Positions 9,079-16,932 of a stretch of DNA of 38,573 nt are shown here, one piece after another. The notes beneath the pieces are model-generated. The model was not told the DNA's origin and searched no databases. It worked only from the letters and a program-made list of their open reading frames with translations. Position 1 is the stretch's first letter. Each line of letters begins with the position of its first letter. Location: positions 1 to 38,573 of the forward strand of contig JBAWVR010000002.1 in the NCBI GenBank assembly GCA_037147155.1. Direction: 5' to 3'. The position numbers and the translations under genes are program-made. This stretch comes from a bacterium (lineage in GTDB: Bacteria > Patescibacteriota > Minisyncoccia > Phycocordibacterales > GWA1-40-21).

Positions 9079-9266
9079 TGCGCGAGAAACGAGCAATGGG
9101 AATTGCTCGTGTGAGGATTTGAAAGACGGAAGAATATTTTTAGTAAAAAATATTCTGAGTCGGGGTTGCGACCAGTTTTGGCTGACTGAGACAAAACTGA
9201 GTTGTGACCGAGTCCTCCTTATTCTGTCTCGAAGACGATCAGTAAATTATTCCTGACCGAGTCCTT
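9079..9266 (+). repeat. tRNA-matched trailing module, unit A
   Basis: tgcgcgaga + 25-nt hairpin + gaggatttgaa is the inverted tRNA-Leu 3' end. Then GAAAGACGG (9121), a hairpin with a tagtaa loop (9141), GAGtCGGGGTTGCG (9157), a second hairpin, GTGACC (9204), and tcctc pairing back. Tail: aattattcctgaccgagtcct. Confidence 0.7.
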
Positions 9267-9288
9267 TAAATGTGCTATTATTATCTCT

Positions 9289-10146
9289 ATGGAAAAGGAA
9301 CAATTAAGTAATACTGTTAAACAATTTAGTCCGGAATATCAGTCTACATTAGATGAGATTGATAAAATTTCAAACCTTTCACAGGAAGAGCAGGGAAAAT
9401 ACATTAATGAAAGAATAAAAAAACTTTCTGATACTGCTGAAAAAGGAGAAATGTCGACAAGGGGTAAAAAAGTCTGCAATGGTTTTGTTGGTCCAGACAT
9501 GCTGATTCGAAGGAATATTCTTGTTGATCCAATTGTCTTAGATGACCCTTCTTTGTATCAAACCATGTTCGAAACCTTGAAGATGTTTAGAGGGGTTGAA
9601 CACATGAAAGATAAAACCCTGAGACAATTACATATAGGGCTTATTCAGTGGACGATTTCGAAATATTTCGGTAACGAGATCCCGTATAAGGAAACAGAAA
9701 CTGAAAATCGGAATTTTTATATGGAGCGAAGTGGGGCAGATAGCCCGGAAATATCAATATCTGAGCTTAAGGGCAAGGGGTTTGCGGTTTGTGCAGAAAA
9801 AAGTTCTGTAGCCGAAAACCTTTTGGTTTTTTCTGGTCTCGAAGCAAAACTAGTAGTGTCCACCGAATGCCGCATTCCAGAAGAAGCTGAAGAGAGTGGA
9901 CACTATTATAATATTATTTTGGGACCAACCCAAAAGTTTATTTATGATCCGTCCAATCCTAAGTTGGTCACTAATAGTAATGGAAAATTGATCAATTATA
10001 ATCCAGCGATGTATCGGATTAGCGATGAGGATTATGAGAAGTTGATGAATGGAGGGGCGGTAACTGTAGTCCATGTGGACACGGAGGTGTCGGATGGTAT
10101 AGAAAAAAATATCGAAAGTCGACGAGTGTATGGTGGGGTAAAATAA
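9289..10146 (+). CDS. hypothetical protein, possibly with a transglutaminase-like cysteine peptidase fold
   Basis: 285-aa ORF. An ordered Cys..His..Asp pattern (GKGFAVCAEKSSVAENLL, SGHYYNII, YDPSNP) resembles the transglutaminase-core triad. This is a weak call from motif only. Confidence 0.6.
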   Translation: MEKEQLSNTVKQFSPEYQSTLDEIDKISNLSQEEQGKYINERIKKLSDTAEKGEMSTRGKKVCNGFVGPDMLIRRNILVDPIVLDDPSLYQTMFETLKMFRGVEHMKDKTLRQLHIGLIQWTISKYFGNEIPYKETETENRNFYMERSGADSPEISISELKGKGFAVCAEKSSVAENLLVFSGLEAKLVVSTECRIPEEAEESGHYYNIILGPTQKFIYDPSNPKLVTNSNGKLINYNPAMYRISDEDYEKLMNGGAVTVVHVDTEVSDGIEKNIESRRVYGGVK

Positions 10147-10272
10147 TCAAACTGGTATATAGTAAGTAATCGGTGATTAAATAGCAAAGTAAGCAACAAT
10201 GATTTCCAAAATAGAAGTGGCAATTTTCACCTTGCCTTTTCTCATTTTATTTGTTATTTTAATGTAGCAGAC

Positions 10273-10352
10273 AAAATATGCGCCCATACCCGCTCACTTG
10301 AAGACAGGTGCTTCGGGCAAGGCTCAGTTGGCTGATAGTGTTGGTAAAATAT
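10273..10352 (+). repeat. degenerate duplicate of the tRNA-Lys 5' portion with a 33-nt insertion
   Basis: aaaatatgcgcccata occurs at 10273 and again at 10346, the true tRNA start. The upstream copy continues, after the insert cccgctcacTTGAAGACAGGtgcttcgggcaag, with gctcagttgg (the D-arm sequence). Confidence 0.5.
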
Positions 10353-10425
10353 GCGCCCATAGCTCAGTTGGTAGAGCAGTCGCCTCTTAAGCGATTGGTC
10401 GTAGGTTCGAATCCTACTGGGCGCA
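10353..10425 (+). tRNA. tRNA-Lys (anticodon CTT)
   Basis: Acceptor gcgccca/tgggcgc, anticodon loop tcttaag context (cgcctcttaagcg), T-loop ttcgaat. No encoded CCA. Confidence 0.92.
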
Positions 10426-10479
10426 CATCATAAATATTAAAAACCACCAGCTGTCCCTGGTGGTTTTGTTTATGATGTG
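10426..10479 (+). terminator. long intrinsic terminator hairpin after tRNA-Lys
   Basis: Inner stem aaaccaccag/ctggtggttt plus outer stem cacatcataaa/tttatgatgtg, which starts in the last nucleotides of the tRNA. Confidence 0.8.
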
Positions 10480-10612
10480 CGAGCCGGAGTGCGACGGCAC
10501 GAGGCGGGGTCGCGGGTTTTTCTAGCAAGAAAAAACCTGTGACCACAATAAGTGTGCGCCCACAAAATTATTTTTCGAAGGAGAAAAGCGTACTCGCGGT
10601 CCTACCAGTTTT
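10480..10612 (+). repeat. tRNA-matched trailing module, unit B (divergent arms)
   Basis: GCCGGAG-tgc gacg gca-CGAGGCGGGGTCGCGG (10505), a hairpin with a tagcaa loop (10523), GTGACC (10539), then gtgtgcgccca (antisense of the tRNA-Lys acceptor end) and a tcctaccag T-arm-like copy. Confidence 0.6.
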
Positions 10613-10658
10613 ATTTAATGAGTACTTTTATTTCTGAATATTCTAGAATACGATTATT

Positions 10659-11279
10659 CTACCTTTTGAAATAATTATCAACGGTTGGTTCTAGGTCGGC
10701 AACTTCGTCTAATATTTTATAGTAGTTACCTTTCAAAAGAAAATCTTCTGAATGAAAACCCCAAGTTACAGCTATTGATCCAACACCAGCCTTTTCTGCT
10801 TCAATTAGATCACCGAGAGTGTCGGTAATAAATAAACAGTCTTCCTGCTTTAAATCATTATTGACCATTACCATCTTTATTTTTTCAACTTTACTTTTAT
10901 GTACATCATTACCAAGTATTTCACCAAAAAAGTGCCTTATATTATGCTTGGTCATAAAGTCACGAATAAGATCAGTTTTTGTAGATGAAATCACAACCAT
11001 TTTATATTTTTCAGATAGATTTTTAAGAGCGTCAGTCATCCCTGGAAAAACTTTTACGTCATTCAATAAACCTCTGCCGTATTCTATAAAATAATCAATT
11101 TCATGATTACACTTATCATCATGAACACTATGTTTTTCGAAATCATTAATATTTCCCGTAAAAAAGTTTTGGTAATTATCTATGGTTATATTTGGACAGG
11201 TTACTTTTTGCGCTATATAACCATTGTTCAGAGAGTCAGCGATCACACCGTCAAAATCAAATAAAACATACTTATTCAT
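10659..11279 (-). CDS. HAD-superfamily hydrolase (phosphatase-like)
   Basis: Motif I LFDFDGVIADS, motif II VISST, motif IV ITDTLGD. Confidence 0.8.
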   Translation of the reverse strand: MNKYVLFDFDGVIADSLNNGYIAQKVTCPNITIDNYQNFFTGNINDFEKHSVHDDKCNHEIDYFIEYGRGLLNDVKVFPGMTDALKNLSEKYKMVVISSTKTDLIRDFMTKHNIRHFFGEILGNDVHKSKVEKIKMVMVNNDLKQEDCLFITDTLGDLIEAEKAGVGSIAVTWGFHSEDFLLKGNYYKILDEVADLEPTVDNYFKR

Positions 11280-11323
11280 TCCAAAAGTATATCATAATTA
11301 CCCAGATGGCAGAAAGTTTTCCC

Positions 11324-11342
11324 TCGAGTCCCACCTCGGGCG
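11324..11342 (-). repeat. inverted copy of the tRNA-Leu(TAA) 3' end, with no full module
   Basis: The plus strand tcgagtcccacctcgggc equals the sense sequence of the minus-strand tRNA, giving an 18-nt inverted repeat across the terminator. It is followed only by gggaaaac before the HAD gene. Confidence 0.6.
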
Positions 11343-11344
11343 TC

Positions 11345-11372
11345 AAAAAAACACCTTACGGTGTTTATTTTG
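11345..11372 (-). terminator. intrinsic terminator after tRNA-Leu(TAA)
   Basis: aaacacc gtaa ggtgttt plus a T-run, read on the minus strand. Confidence 0.8.
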
Positions 11373-11455
11373 TGCCCGAGGTGGGACTCGAACCCACACG
11401 GCCTTACGACCCCGAGATTTTAAGTCTCGTACGGCTACCATTACGTCACTCGGGC
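11373..11455 (-). tRNA. tRNA-Leu (anticodon TAA)
   Basis: Minus strand gcccgagtgacgtaatggtag..gagacttaaaatctc..long variable arm..gggttcgagtcccacctcgggca. Confidence 0.9.
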
Positions 11456-11456
11456 A

Positions 11457-11593
11457 TTTTGGGGCCTTGCGGCCTGGGGTATCATCGGTCACAACTCTCC
11501 TTCACACCGTCGTGTTCGGTCGGTCGCGACCCCGCCTCGCGGCCGAACCTTGCTAGGTTCGGACTTCGTTCGCTGCGGCTTTCGATTCTCCCC
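11457..11593 (-). repeat. tRNA-matched trailing module, unit C (after tRNA-Cys)
   Basis: Minus strand reads ggggagaatcgaa (inverted Cys T-arm), AGCCGcAGCGAACGAAGTC, a hairpin with a tagcaa loop, CGAGGCGGGGTCGCGACC, a hairpin, GTGACC, then ccccaggcc (a direct copy of the tRNA 3' end). Confidence 0.65.
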
Positions 11594-11619
11594 AAAAAAT
11601 CGCTAACGCGATTTTTTTG
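11594..11619 (-). terminator. intrinsic terminator after tRNA-Cys
   Basis: aaaaaaatcgc gtta gcgatttttt on the minus strand. Confidence 0.8.
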
Positions 11620-11691
11620 AGGCCTGGGGGAGAATCGAACTCCCGCATATTCCTTTTGCAGAGGAATGCTTTACCACTTAGCAACCAGGCC
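11620..11691 (-). tRNA. tRNA-Cys (anticodon GCA)
   Basis: Minus strand ggcctgg..cctctgcaaaagg..gggagttcgattctcccccaggcct. Confidence 0.9.
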
Positions 11692-11730
11692 TTGTCCGTC
11701 TTTTGACGGTGTATTTACTACCGCTATATT

Positions 11731-12069
11731 CTAAAGTTTATTCATCAAATCGTCAATCTTCTGGCGATGCTTCTCTCCGAGGTCCAATTTAAAATCAAAA
11801 GTTGGAACGCGTCCGATTCGCACTTCGCTCATAAAATATTTACGAAACTCCCCACGCATACGCTTGAGAAAATCCTCAGCTTCTGGTTGCTTGTGTACTG
11901 GCATAACGGTGTAGAGTATATAGGCCAATTTACCAGCGTCCGCGAGCTGAACTCCAGTTACAGTAATGAGAGAGATACGACTGGACTCACGTTGAAGAAA
12001 CAACGCGGCTTTTTCGCGAATCATTTCTGCCAATCTACCGTCTCTACTTGAATTGTTTTTAATTTCCAT
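11731..12069 (-). CDS. rbfA: ribosome-binding factor A
   Basis: 112 aa, located immediately downstream of infB. RbfA-like LITVTGVQLADAGKLAYILY and RVPTFDFKLD. Confidence 0.85.
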   Translation of the reverse strand: MEIKNNSSRDGRLAEMIREKAALFLQRESSRISLITVTGVQLADAGKLAYILYTVMPVHKQPEAEDFLKRMRGEFRKYFMSEVRIGRVPTFDFKLDLGEKHRQKIDDLMNKL

Positions 12070-12070
12070 A

Positions 12071-13570
12071 TTATTTTTCTATCATCTTATAGGCTACTAT
12101 TTTATCTCCCGGGGCTGGTTCAACGCTCATCTGCAGTAAACAACCGAACTCGACACCTTCACGCACTTCTTTAGTTTTTTCTTTTTGCTGTTGGAGTCCA
12201 TTAATTTTGCCTTTACCAATTTCTTCTTCACCACGCATTAACTTCACATCGTCACCAACTTCAATCTTTTCTTTTTCTACTCGGCCACCGATCACATACT
12301 TATCTTTGACCGAACTGAAGACTTTGAGAATCTTGGCCTGGCCAGAATTTTCTTCGGCCATAATCTTTGGTGTGCGGGAAGTCATGATTTCTTCCACGTA
12401 CTCAGAAAGCTTGTAGATAATGTTGAAAAGTTTAATTTCAATACCGTTTCTCTCAGCCATACCACGAGCTTGGGGGTCAACTTTGACTTCAAAGCCGAGT
12501 ACCAAAGAACCAGGAGTGCTATTGGCAGTCTTGATATCTGTTTCGGTAATATCGCCAACTCCAGAATAAATTACACGAACTTTGACTCGCTCGTTTTTAA
12601 TCTTGGCTAATTCATGACCCACACCTTCTAGAGTTCCAATATTATCGGTCTTGATAATCAAATCAACAAAAGTAGTGCACTCAGCTTCACCTTCGGCACA
12701 TGGAGAACAGAAGTTAATTTTGGTAATATCTTCTTTGAAACTACTAGCCAATTCTTCGGCTTCACTCTTGGTGGCAACAGTGGTAAAAGGGTAGCCGGCT
12801 TTAGGCATCTTGTTCCAACCGATCACTTTTACTGGAGAAGAGAATTGGGCCTCAGTAATTTTTTTACCAAGGAAGTTTTCCATCATACGAGTCGGAACAT
12901 AGGCATCACCACAGACTACAAACTCGCTAGGATTGATTGAACCATTTTTAATTACCAAAGTAGCAGACATACCTTTCTTGCTATCCATCATGGTTTCAAT
13001 CACAGTACCGTCAGCAGGTAGAGTTGGGTCACCACGGAGTTCTTCCATTTCCGCCACAAGCAGCATCATGTCGAGCAAATCAGACACACCTTGGCCGGTC
13101 TTGGCTGAGATGGGGACAAAGGGGACTGAGCCACCAAAACCCTCAAGATAGACTTCATTTTCAGCTAGATTGATTTTAATTTTTTCTACATCAGCCCCTG
13201 GTCTGTCGATTTTGTTGATAGCGACAATGTATGGCAAACCACTAGCCTTGATACAGTGCAAAGCTTCCAAGGTTTGTTTTTTGACGCCGTCTTCAGCCGA
13301 GACCACCAGGATAGCAATATCAGCAATTTCTACACCGCGAGCTCGAATACCACCAAAGGCCTCGTGTCCCGGAGTATCGAGAAAAGTAATTTTATGGCCA
13401 TTGTGCTCCACTTCATATGCAGAAACTTTTTGGGTAATACCACCAGCTTCGCCGTCAACAATATTGGTTTTGCGAATATAATCTAGGAGCGTGGATTTTC
13501 CATGGTCAACATGCCCGACGATACAAATCACCGGTGGACGGACAATTAGGTTGTTTTTATTTTCTGACAT
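12071..13570 (-). CDS. infB: translation initiation factor IF-2, short form lacking the long N-terminal region
   Basis: RPPVICIVGHVDHGKSTLLD, DTPGHEAF and NKID GTPase motifs, plus the C-terminal IF-2 domains. Confidence 0.95.
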   Translation of the reverse strand: MSENKNNLIVRPPVICIVGHVDHGKSTLLDYIRKTNIVDGEAGGITQKVSAYEVEHNGHKITFLDTPGHEAFGGIRARGVEIADIAILVVSAEDGVKKQTLEALHCIKASGLPYIVAINKIDRPGADVEKIKINLAENEVYLEGFGGSVPFVPISAKTGQGVSDLLDMMLLVAEMEELRGDPTLPADGTVIETMMDSKKGMSATLVIKNGSINPSEFVVCGDAYVPTRMMENFLGKKITEAQFSSPVKVIGWNKMPKAGYPFTTVATKSEAEELASSFKEDITKINFCSPCAEGEAECTTFVDLIIKTDNIGTLEGVGHELAKIKNERVKVRVIYSGVGDITETDIKTANSTPGSLVLGFEVKVDPQARGMAERNGIEIKLFNIIYKLSEYVEEIMTSRTPKIMAEENSGQAKILKVFSSVKDKYVIGGRVEKEKIEVGDDVKLMRGEEEIGKGKINGLQQQKEKTKEVREGVEFGCLLQMSVEPAPGDKIVAYKMIEK

Positions 13571-13612
13571 AGAAAAATTTAATCCGAGTCTTATGAATTT
13601 GACTCGGACTGA

Positions 13613-14083
13613 TTAGTTCAAACGCTCGCTAGTTTCACTGGCCTTGCCGAGAGCATCGCGCTCCTCAACAGTCATTTCAAAGGATGAATTGCCAGCTTTG
13701 ACCGGCTTGGAAAAGATACTAGTATGCTCTCGTGAATAGAGAGTGGAAATCACTACTCCATCACCGTTTTCGTTTACAAAGGCTGTGGCAAAACTTTGAT
13801 TGCCACCTTCACCGACGCCACGCCACGGATTGAAACGAATGGTCTCAACACCACTAATAGCCTTCTTGGCCTTGGTGTGAAGTACTGCCAAATGTTTTTC
13901 GTTTTCGTTTTGGTCTTTTTCCAAATGTTCTATTTTAGCCTTAAGATTAGCGATAGAATCGTCTATCGTCTCACCTCGGCCAACTAGAAGTTTGCTCAAC
14001 TTTATTTCCAATCTAATTATCCAAAAAATTAAGAGGAAAAAAATCAAAACCGCGGAAATTAATTTGTAAGTTTCGAGATCCAT
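13613..14083 (-). CDS. DUF4446-like membrane protein
   Basis: Start taken at MDLETYK. N-terminal TM helix, coiled segment, then ETIRFNPWRGVGEGGNQSFATAFVNENGDGVVISTLYSRE, which is typical of DUF4446. Confidence 0.55.
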   Translation of the reverse strand: MDLETYKLISAVLIFFLLIFWIIRLEIKLSKLLVGRGETIDDSIANLKAKIEHLEKDQNENEKHLAVLHTKAKKAISGVETIRFNPWRGVGEGGNQSFATAFVNENGDGVVISTLYSREHTSIFSKPVKAGNSSFEMTVEERDALGKASETSERLN

Positions 14084-14212
14084 ACAAAAAAGATTATATA
14101 CCAAAAGGACCTAAAAAACAACTATTCCCGAACTTGGATATATTTTGGTTTTATGTATATAATTATATTCAAAGGTTCCAACTATAAATAAATAACAAAA
14201 TGGAGGTGTCTC

Positions 14213-14683
14213 ATGAAAAGACAATGCAGTCTAATAGAAATTCCGGAATATAGATGTCTTGTTAGCATTCACCACACTGAAGCAGCGGCAGAAGACCCAT
14301 TAGAACTCAAGGCCGATGTTTTGGAGATAATCGACAAGCTGGGTGAGAGGAAGGTAAAGAATGCTATCAAAATCAACCGACGAACCTGTACTGTTGGTCA
14401 GATTGTGTGGCAGGAAATCCCTGTTGATGATACACCCGAGTCTATCGGAGATCAGAAACAATTTTTTAGTTTACTCGAGTATCTCGGAGTGGTAGCAAAG
14501 TCAGATCAGTCTGGATTCGATATTTACTACACTGGTTCCAAAGTGTTGATTCTAAACACTGAGGATGAGAAACTTCATTTTGCCAGGGAAAGCGACGCTG
14601 AAGATTACGCCAAACGTTTGTTTGGAGAAAATCTTCAAGAGAAAGGAGTGTCGATTGTCCCATTTGTGGCTGTAGTGGTTTAG
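14213..14683 (+). CDS. hypothetical protein (orphan)
   Basis: 156-aa ORF with a perfect SD (aaatggaggtg) 5 nt upstream and a GC-rich terminator immediately downstream. No family recognised. Confidence 0.6.
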   Translation: MKRQCSLIEIPEYRCLVSIHHTEAAAEDPLELKADVLEIIDKLGERKVKNAIKINRRTCTVGQIVWQEIPVDDTPESIGDQKQFFSLLEYLGVVAKSDQSGFDIYYTGSKVLILNTEDEKLHFARESDAEDYAKRLFGENLQEKGVSIVPFVAVVV

Positions 14684-14686
14684 GGG

Positions 14687-14716
14687 GGCCGGCGCGAAGT
14701 TACGCGCCGGCCTTTT
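14687..14716 (+). terminator. intrinsic terminator
   Basis: ggccggcgcg aagtta cgcgccggcc tttt. Confidence 0.85.
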
Positions 14717-14739
14717 AATTTGTCCTGTTTTGTGTTTTA

Positions 14740-15951
14740 ATGATTTCAATTATGATGAAGAAAAAGCAAAAGAAAATATATTGTGATGTGGCCGCTAGCT
14801 CACCGATTTTACCGGAAGCTGCCAAAGCAATGCTCACAGTGATGAAAGAGGCCTGGGTTAACCCTGGCTCTATTTATGATTTAGGTGTGCAGTCCAAGAA
14901 TATTTTAGAACAGTCACGTTTGGATATTGCTAATTTTCTTGGGGCTCATGCTCGCGAAATTATTTTTACCTCTGGCGGTACTGAATCCAACAACTTAGCG
15001 ATTTTGGGAGTTTACAATTATTTTATTAAAGCTGGTTGTAAGTCGGATGATTTACATTTTATCACCACCAATATTGAGCACAGTTCAATTTTGGCAGTTT
15101 ATGAGGAGTTAAAATCTCGCGGTTGTGACATTAGTATTTTGCCGGTCGAAAAAGATGGACGTTTAAATCCAAAAATTTTGAGAGCAGAAATTAAACCAAA
15201 TACAGTTTTGATTTCAATTGCTCACGCCAACTCAGAAATCGGAGTGATTCAGAATGTAGAAGAATTGGCAAAAGAAATCCGTCACGCCCGCAAAACTTCT
15301 TTTTGGCGTGAAAGCGAAGACATGTTCGGTGCCCCATATTTTCATTTAGATGCTAGTCAATCAGTAAATTATTTACCTTTGGACACAAAAAGTCTTGGGG
15401 TAGACCTCATTACTATTGATGGCCAAAAAGTTGGTGCCTCACGTGGTGTGGGGGCTTTGTATATCAAAAATGGTACACCAATAAAACCAATTATGTTTGG
15501 CGGTAGGCAAGAAATGGCTTTGCGACCAGGCACAGAAAATGTTTTGTTTGCTGTTGGGTTAGCACACGCTTTAATGCAAGTTAAAAAGATTCAAAACAAA
15601 GAGGTTAAAAAGCTTTCGGTGGTGCGTGATTATTTTATTAAAAAGATTCAGAAGGTATTATCTCAAGCAATAATTAATGGTAGTCAAGAGTACCGTTTGC
15701 CTAATAATGTGAATTTCTCATTACCTAGCACAGATGCAGAATTTATTCTTTTGCAATTGGCCGAAAAAGGTATTTATTGCTCAGCCAAAAGTGCTTGTTT
15801 GCCCAGTGAAGCTGGTTCGTATGTAATAGAAGCTGTATCGGATAATAAGGCCACAGCCAAGTCGTCTTTAAGATTTACTTTTGATAGCAGTTTGTCCAAA
15901 AAGGAAGTGGATTATATTGTAAAAGTTCTTAAAGAGGAAATCATTAAATAG
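14740..15951 (+). CDS. cysteine desulfurase (class V aminotransferase, NifS/IscS-like)
   Basis: GGTESNNLAI, HANSEIGVIQ, a PLP-lysine context IDGQKVGASRGVGALY, and a catalytic-Cys loop CSAKSAC. Confidence 0.85.
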   Translation: MISIMMKKKQKKIYCDVAASSPILPEAAKAMLTVMKEAWVNPGSIYDLGVQSKNILEQSRLDIANFLGAHAREIIFTSGGTESNNLAILGVYNYFIKAGCKSDDLHFITTNIEHSSILAVYEELKSRGCDISILPVEKDGRLNPKILRAEIKPNTVLISIAHANSEIGVIQNVEELAKEIRHARKTSFWRESEDMFGAPYFHLDASQSVNYLPLDTKSLGVDLITIDGQKVGASRGVGALYIKNGTPIKPIMFGGRQEMALRPGTENVLFAVGLAHALMQVKKIQNKEVKKLSVVRDYFIKKIQKVLSQAIINGSQEYRLPNNVNFSLPSTDAEFILLQLAEKGIYCSAKSACLPSEAGSYVIEAVSDNKATAKSSLRFTFDSSLSKKEVDYIVKVLKEEIIK

Positions 15952-15990
15952 GCATTTGTTAAAATACAATTTTTGTATTATTATATAGCC

Positions 15991-16869
15991 ATGGAGAATC
16001 TTAATAAACAGCAAATAATTCTACTCACACTACTTGTGAGTTTTGTTACTTCCATTGCGACTGGTATCGTGACTGTTTCTCTAATGGACCAAGCTCCAGC
16101 TGGTGTGACTCAGACCATTAACCATGTGGTAGAAAGAACAATTGAGAAGGTTGTTCCGTCTGATACTAATCCGAATCAAATCGTAAAAGAGACGGTCGTT
16201 ATCAATGAAGACGACAAAGTTTCTGAGGTGATAGATAAAAACAGAAGTGCTCTAGTCCGTATATATGGAACCAATGAAGGCGGCATTTCTAAATTTTTCG
16301 GAGTTGGTGTTGAAATAAGTAAATCTGGAATCATTGTCGGTCCGAACGTTGTTTGGGAAAATCTTGAAACTAGTAAAATTGAAGCAGTTATTTCTGACGG
16401 TTCACGCATAAGCCTTAAAAAACTTTTAGTTGATTTTGATACTAAGAACGCCTTTTACAAAATATTACCAGATAAAGATGGTAAGATTACTGACAAAATT
16501 AGTCCTTCTAGTATGGCAGTTAATGCACCTAAATTGGGTCAGAGTGCAGTGTTGATTTATGGAGAAAAACGCGATGTTGTTTTAACCGGAATCGTTTCCA
16601 GTCTTGTTCCAAGAACATTTACTACAGTTGTAGCTTCCTCGACATCATTTGGTGCAGCTGACGAAAAGAAAACCACGTATCGTTTTATTGATACCAATAT
16701 GAATACTGCTAATATTGCTGAGGGTTCACCTCTGTTTAATCTCTCAGGTGAGTTGATTGGTTTCAAAATGGTTGACGAAGATCTTTTCGTTTCCCCGGAT
16801 CTAATCAAGGCTGATTACAAGATTCTTGAATCTGATTTGTCTAACAATGCCACCTCCACCACTCGCTAG
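15991..16869 (+). CDS. membrane-anchored hypothetical protein, possibly a degenerate trypsin-like (S1C/HtrA-like) domain
   Basis: The ATG at 15991 gives MENLNKQQ plus a TM helix. AEGSPLFNLSGELIGF resembles the GNSGGPLxNxxGExIGI segment. The His/Asp positions were not confidently located. Confidence 0.5.
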   Translation: MENLNKQQIILLTLLVSFVTSIATGIVTVSLMDQAPAGVTQTINHVVERTIEKVVPSDTNPNQIVKETVVINEDDKVSEVIDKNRSALVRIYGTNEGGISKFFGVGVEISKSGIIVGPNVVWENLETSKIEAVISDGSRISLKKLLVDFDTKNAFYKILPDKDGKITDKISPSSMAVNAPKLGQSAVLIYGEKRDVVLTGIVSSLVPRTFTTVVASSTSFGAADEKKTTYRFIDTNMNTANIAEGSPLFNLSGELIGFKMVDEDLFVSPDLIKADYKILESDLSNNATSTTR

Positions 16870-16932
16870 TTGACCCAAAAGCACAATCTGTTATTCTATT
16901 TAAGAACTTAATTAATTTAACCAATTTTTGCT

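Noticed and set aside
9076-9090. A GTGCG motif right after terminator hairpins (9078, 10476, 20954) resembling the 5' end of group IIC introns, which insert after terminators.
   Set aside because: The GTGCG is fully explained as the reverse complement of the tRNA ends (..gcgca ca). The units are only 110-190 nt. No domain V consensus, intron 3' end or reverse transcriptase ORF is present.
8930-9256. Track ORFs overlapping tRNAs and trailing modules: 8930-9256, 8899-9096, 10364-10546, 11192-11620, 11224-11556, 20835-21065, 20894-21286, 21009-21218, 23547-23747, 23631-23819, 23759-23947, 25226-25531 and 25421-25621.
   Set aside because: They run through tRNA genes, terminator hairpins and the repeated modules. 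They lack SD sequences and have arbitrary composition. The underlying sequence is better explained as structured or repeated non-coding DNA.
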